Positions 53,556 to 63,774 of a stretch of DNA of 64,000 nucleotides are shown piece after piece; positions within the stretch are counted from its first letter, which is position 1; every line of letters starts with the position of its first letter. The notes beneath the pieces are model-generated. The model worked only from the letters and a program-made list of their open reading frames with translations. It had not been told where the DNA came from and searched no databases. Made by a program: the position numbers and the translations under genes. Source of the DNA: an uncultured Gammaproteobacteria bacterium (lineage in GTDB: Bacteria > Pseudomonadota > Gammaproteobacteria > Arenicellales > JAANXG01); the NCBI GenBank assembly GCA_947258975.1, contig CAMYKK010000010.1, positions 8,006 to 72,005 on the forward strand, in the 5' to 3' direction.

Positions 53556-55714
53556 AGTTATTACTCAGAGTTTTTCTGCTCGCAATATTATTCAATTCCC
53601 ATCCGTCAATCGCGCAGAACGCCGCGCCAGCGATCCCGGATCCGGGAAAGTTGAGCGCCGATTGGTGGAACTATTTCGTCATCGATTCCAAAACGGACAC
53701 CGATACCCTCGCGCAAAGGGTCCATAGGCTCGGGCAGTATCTGGAAAAGACGAAAGAAGCGGTTCCGACCGACGGCAGGGATAAACTCACCCCGATCTTC
53801 GATTCCCTGATCCAGCGTCTCGACGCCTACGAAAAACTGAAGGGCGCCCCACTGCCCATTACCCCTCCGGCCCTCACCCCTGCGCAAACGTACACAGTCG
53901 AAAAGATGTTCGCGCTAACGGACAGCCTGCGCCAGCTCCGGCTTGAACACGAAGTGGAAGAGCAGGACGTGACACGGTTGGAAAAAGCTTTAAAGAACGG
54001 CGAAGCAGACCAAAGCCGTAGGAAAGTGGCGTACCTGGAGTTGCCCGAGACGGCGCCGGACCGCATCGAACAGGGCCTTCAATTGATGCACAGCCGTGTA
54101 CAGCTCGAGATCGCTGTTGAGCAACTCAGGAGACGCAGAGCGCAGCGGCAAGTCCTGGCAAAGCGTTTGGAATCGGTGCAAAAGGAACTGGAGGCCGCCT
54201 TCGATCGGGTCAGTGTCGATCCGGACCGGATCGGGTATTGGGAGAAGCAGCAGCAAGCGGCGATATCACGCTTGAACGAACTGAACAGACTGCTGACGCG
54301 TACGCAGATCGATGAGTCGAGTGCCGTCACCAACACACCGATCCAGAAAGCCCAGGCAGGTTTGACTACGCAAAAGGTGGCGCGCCTCGAGATCGAAGCG
54401 GCAATCCAACAGGTTCTCCTCGCCAAGGCGGAATGGGCGATTGCGGGCATCAACCGCCTGCTAGCCGGCAACGAAACAGACACGAAAACCGATAGAGGTT
54501 TATTAAAGAAACACCTGGTTAAATTGGACGATATCAAGGGACGATTCAAGGACTGGAATCGGACCACGGCCCAATCTCGCAGCACAGCGACCGAACAACT
54601 GGCAAAGGAAAAGGAATTGGCGCTGGTGACGATGTACGAAAGCCGTCTGGTCGTCGCTGACGAAACCGAACGGTATCTGCGCCAACTGGAAGATGAATTG
54701 GACACTACAACGCGTCTTAGCGAACTGATGAATCATTTGCTAGTCAAGCGGGACGGCCGACTGGGGCAAAGCAAGCAACTTGCTGAAGACGCGGCAAAAC
54801 AAACATGGGCGGTCATCAAACAACTGCTGACCAAGAGCCTGTTCGAGATCGGCGAGACACCCGTCACGAGCCTTGGACTGCTCCGTTTCATAATGATCGT
54901 ATTCATAGCGTGGTTGATTTCCAAACTGCTGCGCCGTGGTCTGAATCGCGTTTCGCAAAAGCGCGCAACGGTCAGTCAGCCTTCGATATATGCGTTGGGG
55001 AGAGTTTTGCACTATTTTATTCTCGCCATCGCCGTAATGATGGGGCTGTCGTCTATTGGCGTGGACTTTACGAAGTTTGCGCTGGTCGCCAGCGCTCTGG
55101 GCATTGGTATCGGTTTTGGCATGCAGAACTTGGTGAGTAATTTTGTGGCAGGCCTGATCATTTTATTCGAAAAGAGCCTCAAGGCGGGGGATTTCGTGGA
55201 GCTTGAATCGGGAGTGAGTGGAGAAGTCAAGGAAATCAACATGCGCAGCACATTGATCACCACCAATGACAATATTGATATCTTGGTACCCAACGCGGAA
55301 TTCGTTAATGGCCGTGTGACCAACTGGACCATGCGGGAGGCTTACCGAAGGGTACACATCCCATTCGGCGTCGCCTACGGAACGGACAAGGACCTGGTCA
55401 AGCAGGCCGCGCTCGAAGCCGCGGAGGCTGTGCCCTGGACTTTGAAAGGCAACACGGCCCGGGTACCGCAAGTCTGGTTCGTGGAGTTCGGAGACAGCAG
55501 TCTCAATTTCTCGCTCGTTGTTTGGCTCATCCCCGAGGCCGTGAAACGGCCTTCGGCAGTCCACGCCGCCTATCTCTGGGAGATCGAATCAAAACTGAAG
55601 CAATACGAGATCGAAATACCGTTTCCGCAGCGGGATCTGCATCTTCGCAGTGCTTTTGGGAAGAAAGACGATTTGCCCTGGCCGATGATGCCTGGCAAAC
55701 CCGCCGACACCTAG
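53546..55714 (+). CDS. Large MscS-family mechanosensitive channel (MscK/MscM-like)
   Basis: 722 aa. Signal peptide, a long coiled-coil periplasmic region, TM helices, and an MscS core (GIGFGMQNLVSNFVAGLIILFE...TNWT). Confidence 0.85.
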   Translation: MDLKLLLRVFLLAILFNSHPSIAQNAAPAIPDPGKLSADWWNYFVIDSKTDTDTLAQRVHRLGQYLEKTKEAVPTDGRDKLTPIFDSLIQRLDAYEKLKGAPLPITPPALTPAQTYTVEKMFALTDSLRQLRLEHEVEEQDVTRLEKALKNGEADQSRRKVAYLELPETAPDRIEQGLQLMHSRVQLEIAVEQLRRRRAQRQVLAKRLESVQKELEAAFDRVSVDPDRIGYWEKQQQAAISRLNELNRLLTRTQIDESSAVTNTPIQKAQAGLTTQKVARLEIEAAIQQVLLAKAEWAIAGINRLLAGNETDTKTDRGLLKKHLVKLDDIKGRFKDWNRTTAQSRSTATEQLAKEKELALVTMYESRLVVADETERYLRQLEDELDTTTRLSELMNHLLVKRDGRLGQSKQLAEDAAKQTWAVIKQLLTKSLFEIGETPVTSLGLLRFIMIVFIAWLISKLLRRGLNRVSQKRATVSQPSIYALGRVLHYFILAIAVMMGLSSIGVDFTKFALVASALGIGIGFGMQNLVSNFVAGLIILFEKSLKAGDFVELESGVSGEVKEINMRSTLITTNDNIDILVPNAEFVNGRVTNWTMREAYRRVHIPFGVAYGTDKDLVKQAALEAAEAVPWTLKGNTARVPQVWFVEFGDSSLNFSLVVWLIPEAVKRPSAVHAAYLWEIESKLKQYEIEIPFPQRDLHLRSAFGKKDDLPWPMMPGKPADT

Positions 55715-55772
55715 GACGCCACGTAAAAGAGATGAGTCACGACAGGCCTGTGGTTAGCGGCGCTACTTGGAG

Positions 55773-56390
55773 TTATCGGTCGCGGCAGGCGGTATTTGAA
55801 GCGTCGATTACTGCTGGGTCGACCAGAAAATCGTCGGCCAGAAAACTTCTTCCTATCAAAAGTTGATAATCAAAGCCAGTGCGATCGGTAACAGTCACGT
55901 CCACAGTTTTTCTGATCCCCGACAGGCAGAGTTCCAATTTTATCACCGGCCTTTCCTCATGCCTCCCACCTTGCCGTTTGATTCTTGCGGTCCTGACCAC
56001 CGGCCTGTCGATATAAATTTCTTCACCGCGTCTGTTCGCCAGCCTGAACCGCACGCGAGCGACGCCTTGATGCTCGTACGCAATACTCCCCGGCGCGTTT
56101 AACGAAGAGTTCTCGGCCCCCGTATCGATCTTTGCCCTGACGACAAGCTTGTCTGGAAACACGTAGGCATCCTCAACCCACCCGGATATTTTCTTACCTT
56201 GCCACGGTCCGGCATACACAAACATGGCGAAGGATGTCAGCAAGCACACACCGATTATCCGGTGAACAGGAGAGGGAGGTTTGATCAAGATATCGTCACC
56301 TTCATAAATCGCTGTAATAACAGAAACCACACATCGATCAACAAACTTGCTGGAGACGATCAGTTTATTTCGCTTTACCGGTCCGCGCAA
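55773..56390 (-). CDS. DUF785 (RimB-like retropepsin-fold) paralog with an N-terminal hydrophobic segment
   Basis: Contains AKIDTGAENSSLNA and LLIGRSFL. The N-terminal IIGVCLLTSFAMFVYA suggests export. The start is uncertain. Confidence 0.65.
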   Translation of the reverse strand: MRGPVKRNKLIVSSKFVDRCVVSVITAIYEGDDILIKPPSPVHRIIGVCLLTSFAMFVYAGPWQGKKISGWVEDAYVFPDKLVVRAKIDTGAENSSLNAPGSIAYEHQGVARVRFRLANRRGEEIYIDRPVVRTARIKRQGGRHEERPVIKLELCLSGIRKTVDVTVTDRTGFDYQLLIGRSFLADDFLVDPAVIDASNTACRDR

Positions 56391-56710
56391 TTTGCATATA
56401 AAACCCCCTTGATTTAGTGATCCTTGTCGAACTTTCGTCGAGGAGACGAAAATGAATCGAAGCTTAATTTAGGGATCAATCCCGAGGATTGTTATCGTAA
56501 ACTTGCCGTCCGGGTCAGCGATCGCCGCAGATACACCGTCTGCCCTCCGGGATCTTTGTCGTCGGCAGGCATAGGAGGAAGGCGTCGATCAAGATGGCAT
56601 GGGAGAACATATCGACGATTGCCTGCAGGATGCCTGAGGAACCCGAAACCACGGAGAAAAATCCAACGCCGTCCAAGGAAAAGGAAGGTTGACACTCTGA
56701 CTGGGATGTG

Positions 56711-56753
56711 CGGAGTGAGCGCCCAAAGGCGCTCGCTCCGGTTTTTCAGTTTT
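56711..56753 (+). terminator. Strong Rho-independent terminator with no annotated upstream plus-strand gene
   Basis: A 13-bp stem, CGGAGTGAGCGCC pairing with GGCGCTCGCTCCG (one G-U pair), loop CAAA, then GTTTTTCAGTTTT. Confidence 0.7.
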
Positions 56754-56765
56754 AAAACCTGCCTT

Positions 56766-57839
56766 TTAAAACCAATTATTCCGTTTGAATAAATACAACA
56801 TTGTTGCGACCACTGCGAGCATCAGTAACCACAACAATGGATAACCGTAGTACCACTGCAATTCCGGCATCGCCCAGGGACTGGCTTCGTTAGTGAAGTT
56901 CATACCATAAACTCCCACCAGGAAAGTCAAGGGGATGAAAATGGTGGCAAAGATCGTCAATACGCGCATGACATCATTCAAACGATTACTCATGCTGGAT
57001 AAGTAGACCTCGAGCAAAGCTGATGCCATTTCCCGACAGTTATCCACCAAATCCATAATCTGCACTACGTGATCATAACAATCGCGCAAGTAAATCTTCG
57101 TTCCATCCGCTATCCATTTTTCGTCATCGCGAAGCACTGTATTAATCACCTCCCTGTGTGGCCACAACATCCGCCGCAGTAATAGTAATTCCCGTTTCGT
57201 AACGTGAATCACATTCAACGCTGCCTTGTCCGGGTGGCTCAGTACCGCATCCTCGATAGATTCAATTCGATTTCCGATCATTTCGAGTATGGGATACGCC
57301 TCATCGATGACCACGTCAAAAGCAGCGTACATCAAATAATCAACCTGCAGGGTGCGCAGTTTGCTCGTCTGTTTTCGCAGACGCTTGCGCAGCAGCTCGA
57401 AGGGATCATGTTTACCGCTACAAAACGTAATCAGATAATCTTTGCCTAGAAATAGACTCACTTGAGAGATGCCGATCTCCGCATCACTCAAAACCGGTAA
57501 CGACAAGACGACGAAGAGATGGTCTTCGTGGATATCCACTTTCGGTCGCTGTCCGACGTTTAGCACATCCTCAAGCGCCAATGCATGCAATGAAAACAAC
57601 TCGCCCAAACGAGTTAAAGTCCCAGGCGTAATGGACCCCTGCACGTGCACCCAGGTCCGGGTCTCCAAAGTCAACGAAACCCTGCATTGCTCTGCCGTGG
57701 CATCTTCGTTTTCCTGAAACCAATCCACGGTGTAGTCGATAAGACGGATACGGAAGGCATCTTCCGGTATCTGCTCTGCAACCTGCAGCGTGCCAGGGCC
57801 TGTGCCCGACGGATGGTAGCGCTTCTCAAATAGCTTCAT
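56766..57839 (-). CDS. corA: CorA-family divalent metal ion transporter (second copy)
   Basis: 357 aa with YGMNF and C-terminal TM helices. Confidence 0.85.
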   Translation of the reverse strand: MKLFEKRYHPSGTGPGTLQVAEQIPEDAFRIRLIDYTVDWFQENEDATAEQCRVSLTLETRTWVHVQGSITPGTLTRLGELFSLHALALEDVLNVGQRPKVDIHEDHLFVVLSLPVLSDAEIGISQVSLFLGKDYLITFCSGKHDPFELLRKRLRKQTSKLRTLQVDYLMYAAFDVVIDEAYPILEMIGNRIESIEDAVLSHPDKAALNVIHVTKRELLLLRRMLWPHREVINTVLRDDEKWIADGTKIYLRDCYDHVVQIMDLVDNCREMASALLEVYLSSMSNRLNDVMRVLTIFATIFIPLTFLVGVYGMNFTNEASPWAMPELQWYYGYPLLWLLMLAVVATMLYLFKRNNWF

Positions 57840-57924
57840 GGTTGGTCACAGTTATGGCCGTCTGTGGAGATGATTGTCTGCTCTTAGCAACACAAAAACA
57901 ATTCACGGCCACCTAGCTTTGCTT

Positions 57925-60216
57925 TCATTTTCCTGGGTGTACCAGCGCACCGAATCCGGCTTCGTCTAATTCATTTCGCAACAACTCGCGAATGGCTTCA
58001 GATGACTCCATATCCAGGGCCAGACGCAACAATTCTTGCGCGCGAGATCTGGGAAACTTGGTTATAAGCCATTTAATCTTAGGGATATCGCCGGCGTTGA
58101 CGCTCAGGTTTTTTGCCCCCATCCCCAGCAGCAAGAGCGTCGCCGCGGGATCACCGGCGGCCTCGCCACAAATCGTCACTGGCAGTTGGTGCCTTTCGCC
58201 GCACTGGATGACGTGAAAAATAGCCTGCAATACCGCCGGGTGAAGTGCATCAAAAAGCTTGGCGACGCGCTCATTGTCGCGATCCACGGCCAGCAGGTAT
58301 TGCGTCAGGTCGTTGGTGCCGATCGATAAGAAGTCGACGTGTCTGGCAAATAAATCGGCTTGATAGACCGCGGAAGGCACCTCGATCATCGCCCCGATGA
58401 CTGGTTTGTCGAGCTGCCGGCCCTCAACCCGGAGCTCCTCGTACACCTTGTCCACATGAGTTAATGACTGATACAACTCGGCAACACCACTGATCATCGG
58501 TATTAAAAGCTTGGGGTTCGAGAACCCCTCGCTTGCGCGCAACAGCGCGCGCAGCTGGGTGTCGAATATTTCTGGGTGGTCCAAAGATATACGGATTCCC
58601 CGCCAACCCAGGAACGGATTGGTTTCATGAATGGGGAAGTAAGGTAGCGGTTTGTCCCCGCCGATATCCAGCGTCCGGAAGGTCACCGGGCGAGGATGAA
58701 AAGCCTCCAGCACCCGTCGGTACAGCACGACCTGCTGATCTTCCGTGGGGAAGCGGCCCTGGGTCATGAACAACAATTCGGTCCTATAGAGTCCGACACC
58801 CTCCGCGCCTGCGTTGAGCGCAAGGGGCAAATCCTCAGGTAGCCCCGCGTTGACCAACACCGCCACATATTCGCCGTCCGGCGTGATCGCCTGCTTGTCT
58901 CGGAACCCTTCTAGAAAATCGCTTAGCTTTTGTTCTTCGCGAGCAAGTCTTCGAAACTCTCTGCACACCGTTACATTAGGATTCACATATAAACGGCCCC
59001 GGTAACCGTCGGCGATGATTTCCCTGCGGTCGAGCTGCATAAGCGGTAGGTCGCCCAGGCCGGTTACCGCTGCTATGCCCAATGTTCGCGCAACGATAGC
59101 TAAATGAGAAAAAGCCGACCCCCGCTCCGATATCACCCCTCGCAGCCTATCCTTGGGCACCTTGATCAGGTCAATGGGGCCCAGATCTTTTCCCACGAGG
59201 ATTGTGTCCTGGGGATACGTGACATCACCACCTTCAATTTCCAGAAGTTTGTCCATGACCCGGCGACCGAGGTCCCTGATATCACGGCCACGTTCACACA
59301 GATATGGGTCCTCCATGACGTCGAATTTGCAAGCAAGCTCCTCTACTGCGGTTCTTAACGCAGCCGGGGCCCATGTACCGGCCTCGATGCTTTCCAAAAC
59401 TGCATCAACGAGCTCGCTGCTCGTCAATATCATCGAATATGCCTCAAGTAATTCACGTTGTTGCGGTGGCTGTCCCTCATGAGATTCGGAGAGTACTTCG
59501 AGTTCTTTTTCCACTGCAGACAAGGCGCGCACAAACGCGGACTTTTCTGCTTCTGTGTTGGTGACGATGCGATCAGGGATCGTGTGCATCGCGGTCAGTT
59601 CATACAGAACCACCGCCGTGCCAATGCCGATACCGGGCGCCGCAGCAACCCCATCGAGCCACTGCCCTTCACTCTCTCCGGTCGAGGGTGCAACCACAGT
59701 CTTCGTTAGTTGCGCGAACGCGATGTGACTTGCCAACTGAGTCGCCAAAGTAAAGGCAAAAGAGACGTCCTGCTCGGTGAACGGGCGCGAATTCCTGTGT
59801 TGCAGCGCTAACACACCCAACAGCGCGCCCTGAAAAATGATCGGGACGCCCAAAAATGCGTTAAAGTCCTCTTCGCCGACTAAAGGGATATACTTAAAAC
59901 GTGGATGGTGTGAACAATCGCCGATATTCAACGGCTCCATTTGCGACGCTACCCACCCGATAAGACCCTCTTTCGGGCCTAATACGAGCTGGTCAACAGC
60001 TTCTTTACGCAGGCCCACCGTCGCGCTCAAGGTATGCCGCCCACTTCGCGCGTCAGTGAGATAAATAGAACAAACATCCACATTCATATCCTGATGAATG
60101 CGCTCAACCATGACGCGAAGCATCTCCTCCAGATCCTTGGCAGCGTTCGCTTCCGCGACGATACGACCCAGCCCGCGTAGAGAAAGCCTTTTGCCACGTT
60201 CACGATCCATACTCAC
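57925..60216 (-). CDS. ptsP: Phosphoenolpyruvate-protein phosphotransferase PtsP (EI-Ntr) with an N-terminal GAF domain
   Basis: 763 aa. GAF domain, then the EI N-terminal, PEP-utilizer mobile and TIM-barrel domains (GSAFSHLAIVAR, IGTNDLTQY). Confidence 0.9.
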   Translation of the reverse strand: MSMDRERGKRLSLRGLGRIVAEANAAKDLEEMLRVMVERIHQDMNVDVCSIYLTDARSGRHTLSATVGLRKEAVDQLVLGPKEGLIGWVASQMEPLNIGDCSHHPRFKYIPLVGEEDFNAFLGVPIIFQGALLGVLALQHRNSRPFTEQDVSFAFTLATQLASHIAFAQLTKTVVAPSTGESEGQWLDGVAAAPGIGIGTAVVLYELTAMHTIPDRIVTNTEAEKSAFVRALSAVEKELEVLSESHEGQPPQQRELLEAYSMILTSSELVDAVLESIEAGTWAPAALRTAVEELACKFDVMEDPYLCERGRDIRDLGRRVMDKLLEIEGGDVTYPQDTILVGKDLGPIDLIKVPKDRLRGVISERGSAFSHLAIVARTLGIAAVTGLGDLPLMQLDRREIIADGYRGRLYVNPNVTVCREFRRLAREEQKLSDFLEGFRDKQAITPDGEYVAVLVNAGLPEDLPLALNAGAEGVGLYRTELLFMTQGRFPTEDQQVVLYRRVLEAFHPRPVTFRTLDIGGDKPLPYFPIHETNPFLGWRGIRISLDHPEIFDTQLRALLRASEGFSNPKLLIPMISGVAELYQSLTHVDKVYEELRVEGRQLDKPVIGAMIEVPSAVYQADLFARHVDFLSIGTNDLTQYLLAVDRDNERVAKLFDALHPAVLQAIFHVIQCGERHQLPVTICGEAAGDPAATLLLLGMGAKNLSVNAGDIPKIKWLITKFPRSRAQELLRLALDMESSEAIRELLRNELDEAGFGALVHPGK

Positions 60217-60596
60217 ATTCGCTCCAGTTTTTCCTTCACCTGCGGCACTCGGCGCCCAACTTATTGACCACCTACTTCATATCGTTACTTCCCATGTTAT
60301 AGGCGCTCGCACCGCGCATGGCCGCGTAAAAGATCTGTTGAATAAAGTTTTTTTCCGGGTATGGATTGTTTCCTCGCCGGCCATAATGTGATCACAAACG
60401 CGGGAAATTACAAGTAACCGAGCGAGGTAATTTGTCGCACTGGCTTGCAGGCCTGCGGCGAGCACGCTGTATGCCATCGTCAACGAATATTCTTAACTTC
60501 CCATTGTTCCCGTGCGGACTGGAGATCCTGTTCTTTGGTATTGCACGGCGTTGTATCATGGGATGATCAAAGATCGGTATCGGGCGCGATGTTTTC

Positions 60597-61094
60597 GTGG
60601 CGGAGGCCCACGCCGTCGGCTGGCGATTGCGGATCAAGACCATATCGATTCCGGTCGGTCTGGCTCTCGCCGGGCTGGCAGGGCTCGGGATAGGAGGCAA
60701 TCTCCTGGTCGAGGCTGCAGTCGGAATCGCGCAGCGTCTGGGAATGACACCAGCGGCGATCGGCTTGACCGTTGTCGCGATCGGAACGACAATTCCAGAA
60801 CTTGCCACCTCTTTACTCGCGGCGCGCAAGGGCGAGGCCGATCTCGCGGTTGGCAACGTGGTGGGTTCGAACATTTTAGTATTCTTTTGTGCTTGGCGTT
60901 GCTACGACTATCGCGCCTATCGACGTACCGGATCACGGCCCCGTATCGCTTGTCATTGGCACGGGGCTCACATTTCTGTTGATCCTGCTGGTTTATATTG
61001 GCAAGCTGCGCATCAGGAGTACGGAGGGTCTTTTACTTCTTTCGATATTCTTTCGATATTCTTTGGCTATATGGCATGGGTCGCTTTTGTGTAG
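60597..61094 (+). pseudogene. Ca2+/cation antiporter (CaCA/YrbG-like) remnant: N-terminally truncated and frameshifted
   Basis: Only the alpha-2 half is present ([38 protein letters not shown]). The continuation [14 protein letters not shown]... is in another frame (ORF 60889). An 11-bp tandem duplication shifts the frame again before GYMAWVAFV-stop. Confidence 0.7.
61041..61062. repeat. 11-bp tandem duplication TTCGATATTCT x2 inside the CaCA remnant
   Basis: Copies at 61041-61051 and 61052-61062 are identical. Removing one copy restores ...[17 protein letters not shown]-stop. Confidence 0.9.
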
Positions 61095-61317
61095 ACAAAC
61101 TCTTCGCATCAACGATAGGGTTGGCAGTCACCCAGACAGATTGCCGCGGGTCCATCCTTTTCTACTAAGGATGATGCCGAACACAATGTCTACGGATGTA
61201 TCAAAACTCTTTTTGATCTTCGGGCTCAACATTTTCATCTCCAACGGACGCCTAACCAGGCGCTATCTCAAAAATTACCTTTGCAAGATAGTTATGGATG
61301 CCAGTGGACACAATGCA

Positions 61318-62397
61318 CTAAGCAGCGCCGGCCTCGGCAGCTCCACTGCTTGGCCGCCTGGGCACGACGAGCGTCTCCTGTGACGAGCGGTTAACGATGC
61401 CCCGCAAGAGCCTACCGACGATATCCGATCCAGTGATGATCCTACGCTCGCTCGCCCAAACCAGAATGATGTCCTGTTCGATAACATCGTCTGCAGCGTA
61501 CCGGGGAAATACCTGGAGACGACGAAGCACGTTGCCAAGTAGAACGGACGAGTCCTTCACAACGATCGGTCGATGACAATAGCGATACGGATTGATCTCC
61601 GGTTCCTCGAACAGGCAGTCCCGAATAAAAGCGTCTGAGTCTAGCACGAGCTGCGGCGCTTCCTCGGCGTCCGTAATGATGACCCATTTCTTCCCCGACA
61701 CGTGCACCTGATTCAAAAAAACGTCCTGGGCGGTGCGTTCGAAAGCCGGAAACACTGGGCGTCCATCGGCGACCGGCAGCGCGATAACGCTCTTCGGGTC
61801 GACCGGCTCACCCTCCTCGGTCACCAGCAGGTCGTCTAGGGCCAGGAAGTTCAAGGCTCCGAGGCCCTCGAGCTTGTCTATGTCGCTCTCACTCGCCTCT
61901 ACGTGCTCGCGGATGAGTTGGCGCAGCTGGTGTTCCCGGAAATACTGAATGCTTTCCTCCCCGAGCCACAAATCCAGCACTTTCGCGGTCGGCTTGGCGA
62001 CTGGATAAAGCGCGAACTGATAAAAGCGCAGCATGGGAGCCAGCACAGCTCCCATGCGAAGGGCATTCCGGGAGAAATAGGCTTGGGGCGCTATCTCTCC
62101 GAAGAGGGTGATGACCACGGTGGAAAACAGAAATGCCGCCATCCCAGCGAGCACCGAGTTGGAGAGCAGCGTGAGCAGTACGTTGATGCCGACGTTGCCC
62201 CACAAGATGGTCGTCAGCAGGAAGTTGGAGTCTCGACGCATCTCCAGAACGCGAACCGCGGCCTGGTTACCAGACGCGGCTTCCACTTCGAGCCGGAGTC
62301 GACTGACGCCGAACATGGCGAGGTTGAGTCCCGAGAACATCGCCGACTGGCTTACACAGAGCAGAATGCCCAACCAGATCAATGAGTCTACCCCCAT
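61318..62397 (-). CDS. CNNM/DUF21 transmembrane domain plus CBS-pair protein (CorC/HlyC-like, putative Mg/Co efflux)
   Basis: DUF21 region (MFSGLNLAMFGVSRLRLEV...GEIAPQA) followed by a CBS-pair-like region. The start MGVDSL at 62397 is preceded by GGGGAGGG. Confidence 0.8.
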   Translation of the reverse strand: MGVDSLIWLGILLCVSQSAMFSGLNLAMFGVSRLRLEVEAASGNQAAVRVLEMRRDSNFLLTTILWGNVGINVLLTLLSNSVLAGMAAFLFSTVVITLFGEIAPQAYFSRNALRMGAVLAPMLRFYQFALYPVAKPTAKVLDLWLGEESIQYFREHQLRQLIREHVEASESDIDKLEGLGALNFLALDDLLVTEEGEPVDPKSVIALPVADGRPVFPAFERTAQDVFLNQVHVSGKKWVIITDAEEAPQLVLDSDAFIRDCLFEEPEINPYRYCHRPIVVKDSSVLLGNVLRRLQVFPRYAADDVIEQDIILVWASERRIITGSDIVGRLLRGIVNRSSQETLVVPRRPSSGAAEAGAA

Positions 62398-62947
62398 GAT
62401 TCCCTCCCCGCCATCCACCACGTCATTATTGCTCGTGACCCTGGGCCAATCCGTCCATCATGGACCCGCCGCACGAACACAGAAACCAAGAGCCAGAACT
62501 CGATAGCACTATCCAGTGTACCCTATCACACAGTACGGTCCGATGGCCGGTCTAATCTGGGCTGACCCCTTGGGATCGGCGACGACACGATCAGCAAATC
62601 TCCAGACCACTTAATAGAGCGTGAAAAGTATTCTTAGCCGACTCGGGGGGATTTTTTAAAACGTGGGCGATGTAAGCAATTGCCCATAGTCAGCGGTTTC
62701 AGTTGCGATGCGGCCAACCTGCTTTCGACTGAGGTCTCACTCGTCGCGTCAGATCCAAAAATGCACAGCACAAATGATATCCTTAATTCTTATGTTATAA
62801 GAGTCCCAGGTTTATTTGCGTACGCATGTATTGACAGGACGGGAAACCCGTTGTTTCACGCTAGTTCCTTGTCCGGGATATACTCTTGTCTCGCCCACGA
62901 TATCGTGATCACACAGCGGTTTAACTACAAGTAAACGAGCGGATCTG

Positions 62948-63763
62948 ATGGTCTCTAAACAACAGCCAAAAACCACACCCGACCATTGGTGGGGGCAATA
63001 CCAATTTGTCTTAAATCAAACCGGTAACTGGCAGATCGGGGCATCATCGCTGGCCATCACCAGACTCAAGACCGAATGGCAAATCCAGCACCTGGAACGA
63101 GCGCTCGCCGAAGAGGAACAGAATGGGTGGTCCGCGGAGTTACCCGGCAGCCGCCTTGACGATGACGCAACGGTGCGGCGCCATTTGTTCCAAAATACTT
63201 CTTCCAAATTAGAACTCCAGCCCGCGCTGGCCGACCGGCCAGTAGTAAGCAGGCCGGTCACTCCGGTCCATTTGTCACCCGGCGCGAAGGTCACGATATT
63301 CGTGAGTTCTCCGTTGTGGATTGTGGTCAGCACGACAAAGCCACAGGTGGTCCTGCTCGACACGCCCAATCAACGCCCTTCCGATACCTGGTTCGGACCA
63401 TCGACATGGGAAGGCGAATTGTGTTACGCGGTGCGAACCCGGGCGCGCCTTAGTCTGGAGGAGATACAACTTCGTTCCTACCGAGCGGTGACCGGTATCG
63501 ATATTCACAATAAGGGAGAAAAAATCATGATGCTGGAGCGGCTCAAGCTTCCAGTGCGCCATCTCGTCCTATACGCCGATGTGGAAGGCATGCTATGGAC
63601 CAGCGATGTAACTGTTGTGACCGAGGAGACAATGGCTTCTGCAGAGCTGCGCGTTGATCGCGGCCCCCCCCGACACGCCAACGCCGCGAAACTGGTTACC
63701 AAGCCACGGGACCGGTTCGAAAGTCATGTGGTACAGCGTGCGCTACACACCATCTTTAGCTGA
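62948..63763 (+). CDS. Hypothetical protein (no family recognised)
   Basis: 271-aa ORF, soluble. Its stop lies 12 nt before the next start. Confidence 0.5.
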   Translation: MVSKQQPKTTPDHWWGQYQFVLNQTGNWQIGASSLAITRLKTEWQIQHLERALAEEEQNGWSAELPGSRLDDDATVRRHLFQNTSSKLELQPALADRPVVSRPVTPVHLSPGAKVTIFVSSPLWIVVSTTKPQVVLLDTPNQRPSDTWFGPSTWEGELCYAVRTRARLSLEEIQLRSYRAVTGIDIHNKGEKIMMLERLKLPVRHLVLYADVEGMLWTSDVTVVTEETMASAELRVDRGPPRHANAAKLVTKPRDRFESHVVQRALHTIFS

Positions 63764-63774
63764 AGAACGACACC

